A DNA stretch of 64,000 nt from Antedon mediterranea (GCF_964355755.1 NC_092673.1:21945648-22009647), one strand, 5' to 3'; positions 1 through 16,100 are shown, numbered from the stretch's first letter. Notes: generated by a model from the letters alone, not told the origin. Translations and numbers: made by a program.

Positions 1-419
1 AAATAAAGAGTTTACAATAATTCAGAATGCCTAAGATTTTTATTTGGCATCTCAGCATGAACATAAAAAACATAAATATAGAATAAATATAAAAGCAATA
101 AAATACCATAAAAACAAATAAAAAAGGTGGGGTAAATGAAGTCAAAATGGATGTACAGGACAACTTGCTGTAGTTGCATTAGTAATTATAGTTTTGAAAA
201 AGAAGAAATAGAAGGGTCATATAAGCTATTTAGCTTGTTAAAATATCCGACCCATTAACATCAAGCATTAGTATGCTGCTAAATGCCAGTAACAATCTAA
301 CGATATTTATTGGGAAATATATCCTGTTTAAATAGACGGAGACACGCTTCTTCCCTGATTCATTTTGTGTTTATAACAGCTTGTATTCAAGTAGTGGAAT
401 CGTAATTACATAGCCATAA

Positions 420-590
420 CATCGGCAAGGGTTCGAGGCTACCTCGCTCCATGGTTCTGGCGGTAAAACAATTCTTCTCGGATATAAGGACTATAAACAG
501 AAGGTCCAGTGCACACAGCTCAAGAACCTAGTATATCTTTCGAGTTGAGTAGGGGGTTACCGCGGTGTACTAGTACATAACTGGGCGCTT
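420..590 (+). mobile_element. SINE fragment with a Nin/Deu-like central domain; related minus-strand copy at about 16435-16525
   Basis: B-box-like GGTTCGAG followed by GGACTATAAAC..GGTCC..AAGAACCTAGTATATCTTTCGAG..GGGGTTACC..GGTGTACT, shared with the reverse complement of 16435-16525. The family name is from memory of the motif. Confidence 0.55.
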
Positions 591-843
591 TGGGTCAATT
601 CAACCATGTACTCAAATAAGGTTCTGCACAGTATAGAAAGATGAGGTGATGTACAGTGGAGTCTCTCAATACAGACTACCCTTGGTACGATCGACTTCTG
701 AAATTTGGTTTGCAGAATATATTTCCCAAGCCTACATAGGCCAAGTTAGGGCTACCTTTTCAGGCCCTTACAAAGTTTTATGAACTTAAGTTATGTTGAA
801 TAAATGTGTGTAAGTAGTTAAATAAAAATATAACAATATATAC

Positions 844-3800
844 CATAATTTTATCTGTGTATCCAGGTTCCTTGTGATTAAATACATTCCTTGCCCCAAT
901 ATTGCTGACAAGTTTTAAGCCCTCTGAACTCCCTGCTGTTCCATACACGGTCATTCCGTAAGCTTTTGCTAGTTGGACACTTGCAATACCAACCTACACA
1001 TTCAAAAAGTTTAAAGTAATATTATTATTCTTTAATTTTTATTTCTATTTTATACATCAAGGCTGTAGCGAGAGGTTAAAAACAAGGCAAATCTGCTTTA
1101 AATATAATTATTATTATATAATATGATGATCTGTGCTGGGGAATTTGGTTGGGTAGTGAAAATTTCTCATCTGCCTCATGCTGACTACTGCCCTGTGCAT
1201 TCATATAATAACCATAATTTATTATTAATTTAATAAATATACAGTTAAACAATATCTGATGCAGCGTTCAAACATAACAATAGTCTATGTTTTCAAGGTT
1301 CGAACAAACCTTCTTTTTCCTGAAGATTTACCCTTTTAGACTACACCTACAGCAGAGTGCTAGTAAAGATTTTTGAAAAAAACTAACCAATAAGCAAATT
1401 GGAAATAAATTAAACTATGCTTTAAGGATATGAATATTCTCATTCATCCAGGTAGTATTGACCTACTCTGCCTTGACCCCGTCACTGACCAAACACCACA
1501 ATTCCATCATTTGGTCTGATGACCTTGATAGATCGTGAAATGTCGCTGTTTACTATCTTTCTAAACTACTGTATGCCTTCACTTACTGAGCCACTTGCAC
1601 CATGGACTAGCACTTTTTGCCCAGCTTTTGCTTTTGCTCTGTAATAAAAGAAAAACATTTAAATTCAATTACTCTGTATAGTCTGTTAGTATTTTCTGTT
1701 ATACACTCTCAAATACAATGCATAGAAGAGTATCACAACTCATTCTTGAATTGACTCAAAAACAATGCATAGAGTAGAATCTTATTCTTGAATTCACTCA
1801 AAAACAATGCATACAATTAAGACAATGAAAGGCAAAACTGAGAAAGCTGGTGGAGGAAAATGGAATACTAAAGTCTATGAAATTTTGTAAAAATATATTT
1901 TTTTTTAATTTTACAGAGGTTACTACTAGCCTAGAGCCAACCTAGGCCTGCTACTAGCCTAGAGCCAACCTAGGCCTGCTACTAGCCTAGAGCCAACCTA
2001 GGCCTGCTACTAGGCTAGCATAGGTAGGCACTAGATCCGTGTCTGAATAGGGTATAATTTAGTTTCACATTACTTTCATCCAAATTCATGTTATTGTTTA
2101 TGTCTCAAATTCACCCATGCTACGTGACTGAACAAGAATAAATACACAATATCTAATGAAATGTTTATCTAAAGATGATAATTACGAGACCTTAATATAA
2201 GAGCACGGTAAGCAGTGAAATATGGAATGCCCATTGCTGCTCCTTGCTGAAATGAAAGCTCTGACGGCAAGTTAAAAACATCATTCTCATTGGCTACTGT
2301 GTACTCTGCATATGAACCACTCACAGTCTTGTATGTAAATACTCTATCACCTGGCTACGAAATATACAAAATAACAATGTTAAACCTGGAAAAAGTTTAA
2401 TTAAAACCATAGAGATCTCTATGGTTTTAATTAAACTTTTTAAAATCAACTACTGTAGGTAACAGCTATTAGTGATGCGAACAGGGCAGAGACTTCCCAA
2501 AATCCACCATATATCTGTTTTTTTATTCGTTAATAATAAAAACAACACATATGTTATACCTGTCAAAAATATAATAATTCAGTGTCCAATCCAATGTGTG
2601 AGACATTAAATCAAAATTGTATATAGCACCCCTTATGTTATAATAACTCAAAATAATCGCAAAATACGCCCTCTATGTTTAATTCTTTGCCAAAATAAGT
2701 TTTGCTTTCATGTACTACCTCAACCATAAATACAAATACATAGGCTAATTATGCTAAAATTAATTAAATAACGTGTACTCCTAGGCCAGTTAATTTCAAA
2801 ATAATGTTTTTCTGAATATTCTTTATGGATGCGCAAGAAATTTAAAATCGGCCCTCATGCGCGACATCTGCACATAATGCACAAGAGCTGACAGGTGTAA
2901 TATTACGGCAGTAGGCCCAGAATTTTGGAAAAAAATTGGCAACATGAATTAATTCTTGGTAAAACTTTCCAGCATAACAATTTCATCCTTACTTTGAATT
3001 TTGTGACTTCACCACCAACTTTTTCAACAAGACCAGCGCAGTCGTTACCTGGTGTCCATGGCAACGCTGGTTTAATGTGGTAAGTGCCTTGCCTCAGATA
3101 CGTCTCAACAGGGTTAACTCCCGCAGCATGTACTCTTACTAATATCTAATGATATTATTAAAGATTTTGACATAATATGTACATTACATTAGCTAGTGTT
3201 GGATACGCATCCTTACGCCCGTATTCTTAAACCTGACTTTAGTCGTAGTTCGAAGTTCGACTTGAAAAAGTCGTAGTTCGAGCTATTACTTCAAATTCGA
3301 TTAAAAAACGATGTAGTCGAAGTTTGCAGTTCGACTTAATGAAGTCGAGCTTCTAGTCGAGGTTACAATGGCTGGTGCAATACGTCTAGTAAATAACCAA
3401 TCAGACAATCTTACGAAGGGCGACGACCCTGGATATGCCCCTGGATTTACTGAAGCGCAAAATATAAACATTCGCCGCGATAGGCCTAGGATACCTTTTT
3501 TATGTTTCACCGTGTAATTCAAAATGCAACAAAAGTGATACGTTTATTCACGACACGTTTTTTATAAACTATTTAGTCGACCATTTAGCCTGCCCCCTCC
3601 AGGACTAAAAAAATCGATCAAAATCCGTCTCGATTAAGTCGAGGTTGGCCTGATTTAGTCGGTGATTTAGTTGAAGTTCGGTTTATGAATTAAAATGACG
3701 TCATTTTTTTAGTTTTAGCTCGAACTACGACTAAAGTCCGGTTTAAGAATACGGGCGTTAGTCCCGGAAAAAAGTATACAAGACGAGAGATGAGATGTCA

Positions 3801-4092
3801 CATCACTACCATATTTGGGCATATCATCACCATATTTGGGCACACCACACTTTGTCAAACTAGTTTGATAGTGTAGGCAGAGCCTCATACTTTGATCCCT
3901 GTCGGTAATTGCTATATTCTCTACCTCCTGAAAAAAATGGAATGCAAAATGCTCAGGTATGGCATGGTGACATGCATTTATAATTGATAGCTGGTTCCAA
4001 ACCTGTTTTTCTTTTGGTTTGGGTATTGCTACATCTGTATCAAGACGTAACACTTCAGGCCCACCAAACGCATGCACTCTAACTGCTCTCAT
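844..4092 (-). CDS. CRYZ: Quinone oxidoreductase / zeta-crystallin (MDR family), 5' part. Coding exons 4092-4003, 3145-2993, 2354-2191, 1638-1587, 993-844; the gene continues off the left edge
   Basis: Spliced translation [50 protein letters not shown]...[10 protein letters not shown].../PGDRVFT...GSYAEY...[15 protein letters not shown]/..[34 protein letters not shown]. All junctions are GT-AG and in frame (90, 153, 164, 52, 150 nt). Start context is cag|GCCACAATG. Confidence 0.93.
1924..2015. repeat. Tandem repeat, about 28-bp unit TACTAGCCTAGAGCCAACCTAGGCCTGC, about 3 copies
   Basis: Directly visible near-identical units. Confidence 0.9.
2390..2441. repeat. Perfect 52-bp palindrome
   Basis: AAAAAGTTTAATTAAAACCATAGAGA|TCTCTATGGTTTTAATTAAACTTTTT, with no spacer. 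Confidence 0.95.
3216..3757. mobile_element. PIF/Harbinger-like MITE, 542 bp
   Basis: TIR of about 35 bp CGCCCGTATTCTTAAACC(T/G)GACTTTAGTCGTAGTTCGA at both ends; TTA target-site duplication at 3213-3215 and 3758-3760. Confidence 0.85.
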
Positions 4093-4126
4093 TGTGGCCT
4101 GCAGAAGGTTTCGACTAACTTGCATT

Positions 4127-5003
4127 GGGCCCGTTTCTGCTGCCAACCCAAAATATACCGTATAAATATACCGTATAAATATACCGTATATGAAATTCGT
4201 GCACCGTTTCCGCTGCACATACTTCGTGGGTGGGTTGTAAAAAAGTTGGCTTTCATTACCCAAAATGCATTTCGTGAGACGGAAGTATGGATTGACCTAG
4301 AGTCTCATGTAGTGAGGTTACATGACAGCATTGCTTTCTATTTTAAATCTAATGAGCAGAAGTGGCAACGAATTTACACCGCACATACAAGCACAATCTA
4401 GAAATGTCACTATAAATAAACTCTGTTATTCAAATTGAGTTTATATTATGCTATATTATCCTATATTGCCGTTTTAATTTCCATTTTCTATTATACAGTA
4501 TTTTACCATGATTTTACATCACGTTGTTGTCGTGTAAGAACATTCGATTTATGGTAATTAAAATCTCGGTATCTCTTCTGTTGCCATGCAGTCTCCCCCC
4601 CAACCTTCGCTTCCCCCCACAATTGAATTGCAAAAATAGTGATTTGTTCGGTCCACAGTGACATTTTGATCTGTTGCTTGCTTTTACACGTGTGTTTCAA
4701 CTTTCAATGCAGCAGAAAAACCAAAACAAACGCGTCGCGCTCTGTTAGTTTTTGACCTCGTGTCACGAGTCGGGTCACATTTACGGTATATTTTGAGTGC
4801 AGCAGAAATGGGGTACGAAATATACGGTATATTTTGGAATATACCGTATAATATCCACAAACGATGGGGATATTTATACGGTATATATACCGCATATATA
4901 TACGGTATATTTTTTATGAGACCCATTTCTGCTGCCAAAAAATATACCGTATATAAAATATACCGTATATATACGGTATATTTTTGGCAGCAGAAACGGG
5001 GCC
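4127..5003. mobile_element. PIF/Harbinger-like MITE, 877 bp, with AATATACCGTAT subterminal repeats
   Basis: TIR GG(G/C)CCCGTTTCTGCTGCCAA; ATT TSD at 4124-4126 and 5004-5006; many copies of ATATACCGTAT in both orientations. Confidence 0.85.
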
Positions 5004-5388
5004 ATTGATTCGTCAGAACAGACTGACCCTTTGGATGAACCTAGATTTGAAAACAAACACAAATTAAGATTTCCAAAGAAATTCAATGATCGCCTTAATT
5101 ATTACTGTATAAAAGCCGCTAAAGATACCGATGTCACAAGCTTCTCACCGTGTATACAAATTTAAACACTGAGGCATTTCAAATTTCGCAGGAATATTTA
5201 TAACATTTCTGCTTTATACTGAATACTAGTAGGCCTACTAGGCTATCCCCTGAGCCTAGCAATGCTACTTGTTTAGTAATAGTAGGCCAACTCTAACTCT
5301 CTGGGCCTAGTCTAGTCTAGATAGGCCTACACTTTGATTGATGATTTAATATCCATGCGACGACGACTTGGCCTAGATGTTGTCTTAC

Positions 5389-5520
5389 CTTCACAATAAT
5401 CTGAAGAAGACACGATAAATATAGACAAGACCAGTGAATAAATGAAAACCGAAAACTTCATCAAAAGGTAATAAACCACTTTCACGATGCTACACCAATT
5501 AGAAAATAGAGCGCTTGTGC
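5389..5520 (-). other. Probable non-coding first exon / promoter region of CRYZ
   Basis: Strong donor AAG|GTAAGA on the minus strand at 5389/5388; acceptor at 4099-4100 just upstream of the ATG; CCAAT-like motifs near 5495 and 5565. The TSS position is a guess. Confidence 0.45.
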
Positions 5521-6662
5521 TGCATGCATGCAGCGTGTGGATGAATCCAGGTCAGCCAGTTCGTGATTGGTTGCTGAGACTTCCAAATACAGTTACGTAA
5601 GATAATTTATCCATGATAAATTTAGATTTTAATAATAATAGGCCATGAATTTATAGTAAATTTAATGTGGATCACTTTTGCCAAACAAATTAAAGTTATT
5701 TTTTAAACATTTTTTGTTGAATATGCCATTTTAATGTTACATACCAGTTATTCACTTTGACCAAAAACATATTTAGGCCTATATTTATACAAAAATATTT
5801 TTCAGGTTTTTATTTTGGGGGACAATATTAAATCTTTAAGAAAAATAATATAGGTCTTCCAGTCTTGAATATATGTTTATTTAAATAACAGTTTTATCAG
5901 GTGAATATTAATTATTTTATTAAACTCAGCAGACACAATAGAAAGGAAAAATTGAACTATTCGCTCCAATAGTGGAAAGTGTAGCGCAATTTTTTTTTTT
6001 ACCAGAACATTGGATTTGGTGAAGAAATTTATCTAGTGGAAAACAGCAAGGCCTACCAGCCTCTTACATACCAGGACCCACATTATAAACAACAGCAAAA
6101 TTAAAACAAAGCACAATTTACTTAGGGAAGTTTTTATTCATCAAATGTACAGCTAATTTAGCAAAGCATATAAGTGTAGTTTACAGTTGTGTTACCTGCA
6201 ACAACAAACAATTAGGATTTTTAAAAAATGCTTAAGCGACTTTACTAACATTACTACGATTATCAACCAATATTTAAATAAAAAAGTACATTAAAAAATA
6301 GTTTTCACAAAAATTAGGACCAAATTGAAGTGGAGTATTTATTTATACATTAGAACATCCAACCCCCATCTACTTTAGTTGTAAAGGTATGCTAAAGTAG
6401 CAGCCCATATAAGTGATTTGATTTGCATTAAAGGTACCGTAACACCACTGTCATCTTGATAGAAACTTATCAAGTAGATTTAACATTACTAAATAGTAAC
6501 GGAAATGTCAATGCAGATAACATGTTTAATTCTTTTAAAAAACGAAATATAAAATCATTGTTTTCTAAATTGTCAAGAACTTGTATTAATGTAATTTACT
6601 GCATATCTGTGACCACTCAAACATGATATACTAGATACATAGGTTATTATTAAATTGTTAAC

Positions 6663-6819
6663 AATAGAGAGGTTTCGCAATTTTACGAATACGATAACGA
6701 AAACGCCACGCACACGTATTCGTTTTGCTTTAGCCAGTAAAAATCTGTTTCTGGCTTACGAAAAACGAATACGTGTGCGTGACGTATCCATTTTCGTAAG
6801 ATTGCGAAAACTCCCTATT
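6663..6819. mobile_element. Hairpin MITE (near-palindromic, about 157 bp)
   Basis: AATAGAGAGGTTTCGCAAT...ATTGCGAAAACTCCCTATT ends and inner arms CACGCACACGTATTCGTTTT / AAAACGAATACGTGTGCGTG. Confidence 0.8.
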
Positions 6820-7400
6820 AAGACTGAGTATGTCGTGGCTATCAAATCACACATACAAAACAGATATATTACATATACATGTATAACAAAAAACAACAAT
6901 AATTTCCTGCTGTATTTAAATGCAAAATTGTTTACACAGATATCGTGGGTCAGTTTTGGAAAACTTGATAGATTCATTTTTGTAACACTTACAGTACATG
7001 TTTTTAATAGTATGTTTGGGTAAGTACTTTAGTAATGAGGACAGAGTCATATCTACATTATTTATTTTAGAGTAATTAACAACACTTAAATTATATTTAG
7101 CAATAATTGGGTCATTAAATGAATAGATAATATTGTAAAATATGTAATATTAATTACTTTAATTACTATGTCAACCAGACTGTTAAATTAAAATTAGCAG
7201 GAAAGGTATCTTATCTATATCTTGTCTTTTAACGTTAACTTGCAGAGGAAAACAGTTTAACCTTGACATAAATTGACATTACAGATTTGTGAACACCTCC
7301 TATTTAATCTTAATATAAAAATGGAATGGTGTTCCTCTAAATATTAAAAAACAATATCAGTGATGTTTGCTATTATTTCCGTCGGAGAGGCAATTACTTT

Positions 7401-9372
<1,972 letters not shown>

Positions 9373-10562
9373 ATTTCTAGTAAGAGTTGATCTAAAATCA
9401 ATTCGTTATTTATTGATTAATCGGTAAATCAAACGTTTTTTCAGAACAAACAAATTCACGTGCCAAACATAAAATGGACGCTCAAACGACGAACGACGCT
9501 AACGTTCTGCGTTGATAAGTATACCAAATACCGATACCTTGAATAATGCGTTACATAGTTAAATATTGCGTTTCGTATTTTTATTACAAAACGGAACGAA
9601 AAGTATAATATTAATGTGCTAAAATATTTATCTTTTTACCAATATTAAGTCGATTTAATTGACTACTGTACACTTTATAAACATCTACAACAAAAATACA
9701 ATCACACTGTGTTTGTGTTGTCAATATAATTAAATCTTTTATTTTCATTTTGAATGTGAATACAATTAAAACATATAGCCAAATATAGATTAGTACAGTA
9801 ACTGTGAAATTTGCATAAAGACTATGTAGTACAGCTTGTTTTACTTCTATGTCATGAATGACAGTAAATACGTTTAAAAATTCATGCTATTTCAAGGCAA
9901 CTGGAATAAATACAATGTACAAACTTCTTGTATCTATATAAAAATAATAATAAAAAAACCACCAAACTTTAAAATAATGTTATTTACTAACGTATTGAAT
10001 AGGGTCTCAAATGTGGCCTAAAAGTATGCTTGCTGTTCAGTTTTAAACTAGGAAGAGAGGGGAAGATGGAGACAAGGTCTTTATAAGACTGTATTTGACG
10101 ATGCGTGTAAAGTGGAAAAGGGGTGGTGTTTTAACAGTAATTATGGAAACAATTGGGATAAAATTTCAAGTTCAAAACCTATTTTTGTAAAGCTCTGCCT
10201 AGACTATCACATTTTATGTGACAAAAAAATGTGCTGTGCCCAAATTTGGTAGTGATATACCCAAATATGGTAGTAATTTGACATCATCATGTCCATATGG
10301 GAACATCATATTTTGATAATGTAGACAGATATATCATGACTCACCTACTACTAATTAAAAAAGAGTAACAGAAAGGAGGTTTTGATTACATTTTAAACAA
10401 TGAAAGAGAATAACATCCATTTGTGATTGTGCTATAGCAGACCATGTATTGCATTTAAAAAGTGAAGTCTGTAATTGAATAAATAAAAAGAATATCAATT
10501 CAGTGGATTAAACAGTTTTTATCACCAAAATTTACAATAAGTAATTAACAAATTTACTGCTT

Positions 10563-10742
10563 TAAAGCCAATTTACACAGATGAGCGGTAACGGTAATAA
10601 AAATATAGAATCTATGTTATTCCTTATGGCTATTTACACACAGACGAGCTGTTTCCGCTGAGGATAGATACAGATTCTGCGTGGGACAAGCTACGCGGTT
10701 TTCTGCTTACAGTTACCGATCATCTTTGTATATTTGCCTTTA
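10563..10742. mobile_element. Degenerate Harbinger-like MITE
   Basis: Imperfect TIR TAAAGCCAATTTACACAGATGA / TCATCTTTGTATATTTGCCTTTA with inner CGGTAAC/GTTACCG. Confidence 0.6.
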
Positions 10743-11728
10743 GTGTATAATACAGTAGTATTCTATTTGCAATGATGCCATTCATAAAACAAATACTATA
10801 TTGTGAAAAAAGATGGTTAAAATTGGTTGTAAATTGAAGTTGGCAATGAAATAAATTGGTTCAGGCTAACCAATTTCGATTACCAAAATGTACACTGAGT
10901 AATTGGAACATGTCTGTCCTCTACTAAAATGGTCATTCCATATTCCTTAGTGTGCATTCTATTACATAATTAATATAAATTAACATTTAGTTTTTCTTAA
11001 GAATAACTTTCACAACACTGTGCTTGACAAATTGTCATTTGTAGGAAGTTTAATTGTACATAAATATTTAAAATGTTAACATTTTATATATTACACTTTT
11101 TTTTGTGACATTTACATATTTGAATTGGTTCAACCAACAGCCACACCCCTCCCCTAACCCCCCACCCCACAAAAAAAAAACTGTTAGCTCAAACATTCAT
11201 AATAGTCCTGTAAATATAATAAATATTCTTCAACTGCTTTAACTTTTATAATATTTGCATAAACTGTAACTTCTAAAAGAACAAAAAAAACTTATTAAAT
11301 ACTAAAACCAAAAATTGTAGTAGTAATAAAAAAAAATCCAAATTGAAGGAAACTATTTAACATTAAGTAGTTTTATTGAAATCTCACAAATACATTAAAA
11401 TTGTGCGTTAGAAGTCACAATCAGGTTTGCTATTTAATAATTAAAGACCGTGTCTAGGTTTCTGATACGGTATAGTCAAATAAAAAATCATGTTGAAAAT
11501 GGGTGTAGGATTTGAGAATAAGGTAGGTCACACTCATTCTGAATTTCATACAAAAATGTATGTGTGGAAAAACGTAACATAGCCTGGTGATTTCTCCAGT
11601 GTGAATGCAGCTTAAAAAACAGCCACTTGTAAGAATAAAATAATCGTAGTACACCAACTAACTTGGCTGTAAAAATAAAATAGAATACCAATGATCTTGG
11701 CTGTTACTGTTGACCAACACACTAGGCT

Positions 11729-11914
11729 CAGTGGTGTAACATAGAGACCTGAGGCCCCTAGTTTGGGAACCATAAGTAGCCCTTCAACACTGGAGGCCTT
11801 AGGCATTTTATTTGAATGCCTGATTATTTATCTGGGCACTGCTCAGGGGCCGCCCCCATAAGTTCCGGGGCCCCTGGGTTTAGCCAGTGAGCGCTCATAG
11901 CAGTTACGCCACTG
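11729..11914. mobile_element. hAT-like MITE, 186 bp; diverged second copy at about 19071-19268
   Basis: TIR CAGTGG(T/C)GTAAC; perfect 8-bp TSD ACTAGGCT at 11721-11728 and 11915-11922. Confidence 0.9.
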
Positions 11915-13172
11915 ACTAGGCTGTAAGAATAGCATAATCCAGGCAGAATAATCAAAACACCAGGCCATAAAAAACGTTGATGGAAAGTTTGATGGCAGAA
12001 AGTGAAAGACAAAAACAATAAATCTGTTAATGGTTGGTTTGAGTATAATAAAACTTCATAACGTGTATGTTACACACTTTAAATGGCGTCAAATTTATAA
12101 ACACCCTCTCTCATTATATACTGTACACAATGTTCATTAAAGTACTGATTTGTAGAGTGATGGTTATGATATTTTGCAGCAAACTACCGGATTTAAAATT
12201 TAAAGCAAGTAGTTTATTTATTATTGGCAGAAACTGCTGAAAAATATGTGAAATCCTTTAACTGAAAGAATCTAGTAAACAAGTTATGAATTGTGACCAT
12301 TTTCTTTTAAAGAACATTTTACCAGATTCTCATGAATTGTACCAACAACTTGGGCTTGAATACACTAAATTAGTGTCAAACACGCCCAACCAAGTCCGAG
12401 CGTACAGGGTCTGCGGACTATGTCAGGAGGGGGATGACTACCATTGCTCGTGTCGTGAAATAATTATCACTTTCTGTTAACTACCATTTTCTTCATTTAC
12501 CATCCCGATTTGAAAACTTCCTAATGTCTAATTTACGTGTTACAATCATATAGTCTATATAATATCAAGTCATATCTAATATTATTTTGTCAACCAGTTA
12601 ATACAAAACTATGATCAAAAACAACACATCTCATTATGAATATTAATTTATCATTAACTTTGAAATAAATTTTGGTTAATTTAGAGTTGTAGGTATAAAA
12701 AAATCTTTATGATGATAAATTAAAAAATAAAATTATTTGTTACGAGTTAGAGTTGTAGATGTACAATGAACTAAAATGCTAATAAGCATTAGAATTAGAA
12801 AAATAATTGAATAATAATTATTATGCAATGACATATATGGTGCTGTGGTCTTTTTTGAAGACCTTTATATCATTGAAATTTAGATGAATTGTTGAATACC
12901 ATTCATTCACAAAATAAAAACAAACAAAAAACAATAACACGTCCCGTTCTTTTTAAATTTTGCACAACGTTACGAGTAGGCTGAGCTTAGCAATATAGCG
13001 ACCCATACTTGAATTAACCAGGCTCAACTGCTCTTTAATCAATAGAGAATCACGCATTGTCATGGCCTAGACTCTTGCTTCACATATGTTGCCAATACAA
13101 CACTTCTTTTAAATGCTATGCAATTGCAATCTTTCTTTTTCAAATTCTTCACTGATTTCCAAAGCACAAATA

Positions 13173-16100
13173 TTATCTCAAATCTTCGTCATTGGCATCA
13201 CCGTTAGTTGCCAATAAAGAATAAGGATTGTCAGTCTTTAGTGGTAATGGATCCTTAACTTTAACTTTTTTTTCATCCTCATCTTCATCGTCCTCTCTAA
13301 GTGGGTCAGACTCTCTTTCAATGTCATTACTTTCAACATCTGCATCACTGTCATTGTCTGAACTTGTAAAATCAGAGCATGGAATTCTACTTAGTTCCTG
13401 TAGTTTTTTGTGCTGTGCCTGTAACAGTGCAATGTCCTTTGTTTCCGGGTTATTTTCCCAAAATGCTGAAAAAAAATTTTTTATTATTGCATTTTTAGTT
13501 TTTCCACTGAATATTTTAGTCTCTAGTTTAGTCGTAAGTTACACAAAGTTTTTCATCGTACGTGTAAACATACCAAGGCTGTAGCGAGAGGTTAATAACA
13601 GATGCGGCAAAGATGCTCTAAGTATAATTAATATAAAATATGTATGTATTATCAGGTCACCAAACCAAAACTTGATCGTACTAATGTTACGTATAATCTT
13701 TGATCCGATACCACGCACTCCATTCTACTTACATTTTGTTTTTGTATAATCTGGAGGGCGCATGCACATACAAAGTCGACCCTCAACAGCCAGTCTAAGA
13801 ATGTTATTTGCTGCTCTATAGGTGTCATTACGACCAGCTTTTGCCGTTACAAAACCACGCTTTTCTGCCCAAGCTGAAAAAAAGATGTTAGACAGGGTAT
13901 AAATAAGGCAGAGTTTGTAAAAATCATAAATATTCTATATTTAAACTACTAGAGAGTCCAAAAGACAACAGCGATGTGATACGAAAAGGTCAGACATTCA
14001 TAAGGCTGCCATATACCTGTTTAGAAAATAATGTACAGTTGAACCTCTGTAAGCGGCCACCTACCGTGAGTGGCCACCCCCCTTAACGGCCGCACTTTCA
14101 AAAGCATGTTTGTTCTTCCTATCTAATTAGTGAATTTGGTACCTCCCATAAGCGACCCACCTCTAGTAGGCGGCCTCGGCCACTTTTTTTAAAACTAAAA
14201 ATTAGATCTTTTGTATGGTAAATTACCTCCCGAAAAATTTGTATTGACTTTTGATAACCTAGATGTATAACACATCTATGGTAGAAACATGAGTTGACAA
14301 TCTAGATGTATAATAATACACAAATCCAGTTTGATAATTACTAAAAGCCATTCATAAAAAAAACCAAAAAATTACCTTCACAAATATCCCAAGCTGACCA
14401 TTGAGTGCTTGAGGCACTCTCTGATGACGCATCGTCACTTGGATGTCTTATCTTTAAGAGGTTAACTACAGGAATTCTTTGTGCTAGATATCCTACAGCA
14501 GTGTAAGGCATTTGTACTTGGGATATAGGGTAAATACCTGATAAAATCTGAAACAACAATTATTCAATAACAATCTGTCATTAAGAAATATACATATGCA
14601 TGTGGTGACATTTTAACAATCATTTATTTATCTACATATACAGTATGTATAACTATTTTTAGTAACATAAGGTGTACCAATAACTACAAGTATGATTCTA
14701 GTATGGTTTCTACCTTACTTGTTTTATTTACTGGTGCTATATGAGTTACAGTATATTTTATTTTGTGATTTTGTAATGGCAATTGTGAACCTATATTATG
14801 TGATGTATATTTTTATATAACTTTTGTCTATTTTTTAAATGCTTTAACTTTTTATATATGTAAAATACTAAAAATAAGAAAAACAAAAAAAAACTTTACT
14901 GCAGAGATAGTTTTCTACTGAAACACAATTGATATAGATTATTGTAACAAATGTAAAGAATGTAATAAAAGTGAGTGAATCTCACAAAAGACAAAAAAAA
15001 AAACTACAAGTATGATATAATAATAATTTACTTCAATCACACTCACACAGATGAGAGGCCTCTTTTAAAAGTTGTACAAATTTATGCAGATGTGAAAAGG
15101 GTATATTCAAGCTAAAAAGATGTCATTTAGAACTAACCTGTAACTGCTTATCAACAACTGATGGAAAAACCAAGCCAGGACAGTCACAAAGTTTCACCGT
15201 CGGTGTCAGGAAGATGGTTTGAAAATGTTTTGTATGACCCGGTGTCCTTGACGTACTTACGACCTTTCGACCTACTAGACCATTCATTAATGATGATTTA
15301 CCTACGTTTGGGTGACCTATCGAAAAAAGAAAGACAAAGAGTTATTCAAATTGAAAGCTCTGTCTACACTATTTAAACTAGTGATGTGCCCAAACATGGT
15401 AGTGATATGGCATCATCATGTCCATATATGGGCACATCACATTTTGTAGACAGACAATTGAGTGGTATGGCATAATGGAAAGGAAGGAAATCGGTTTCAT
15501 TTAGATAGGAGACTTAAATTAAATTTTAGGCTGGGTAAGTGTTTACCTAGCGAAAGTGTGAATGTTGTACACTGCGGTAACACCCTACTCGTTACAGGTT
15601 CGACTGTCTTAATCGCTCGGCCACTAACTCACAGCTTGTACTGTATCTTTAAATCAAGATACCTGAATTTGTTCTTGTCCTTCAGTTAAGATGTAAAGCT
15701 GTTGGTCATGTGTAAACAGACGTACAATAAAGAATTTACTATTCTACAGCAAGCTATGAAAGTAACTCACCAACACAACCTATTGTCAATACGCCGTCTC
15801 TGAAGAATTCATGTTCTGTGTAAAGTGTTAGCTCTTGAATAATGGACTCTAGACGGGGATGGCAACTAAGGAAATCATCACCTCTGACCTCAGACTCTAT
15901 CTTATTCCTCCAGCTACTTAAATCAACTGAAAAAAAATTGGGATTAATGTCAGATATGGAATTTTTAGCCATATGTGAATGAAGGATTTATTTATGTACA
16001 GATGTCCAAGGAGAGGGTACCACCTGAGACAACTACTGCACTATTAGTACTGTAGTATTTAGTGGAGTTATCTTAAACTCTGTACTGTCTACACAATCAA

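Noticed and set aside
3715-4263. 182-aa ORF as a stand-alone gene
   Set aside because: It is a chimera of MITE sequence, the 90-nt CRYZ exon and intron read-through.
13228-13584. Plus-strand 118-aa Ser-rich ORF
   Set aside because: It is the antisense shadow of the acidic last exon of GNL1.
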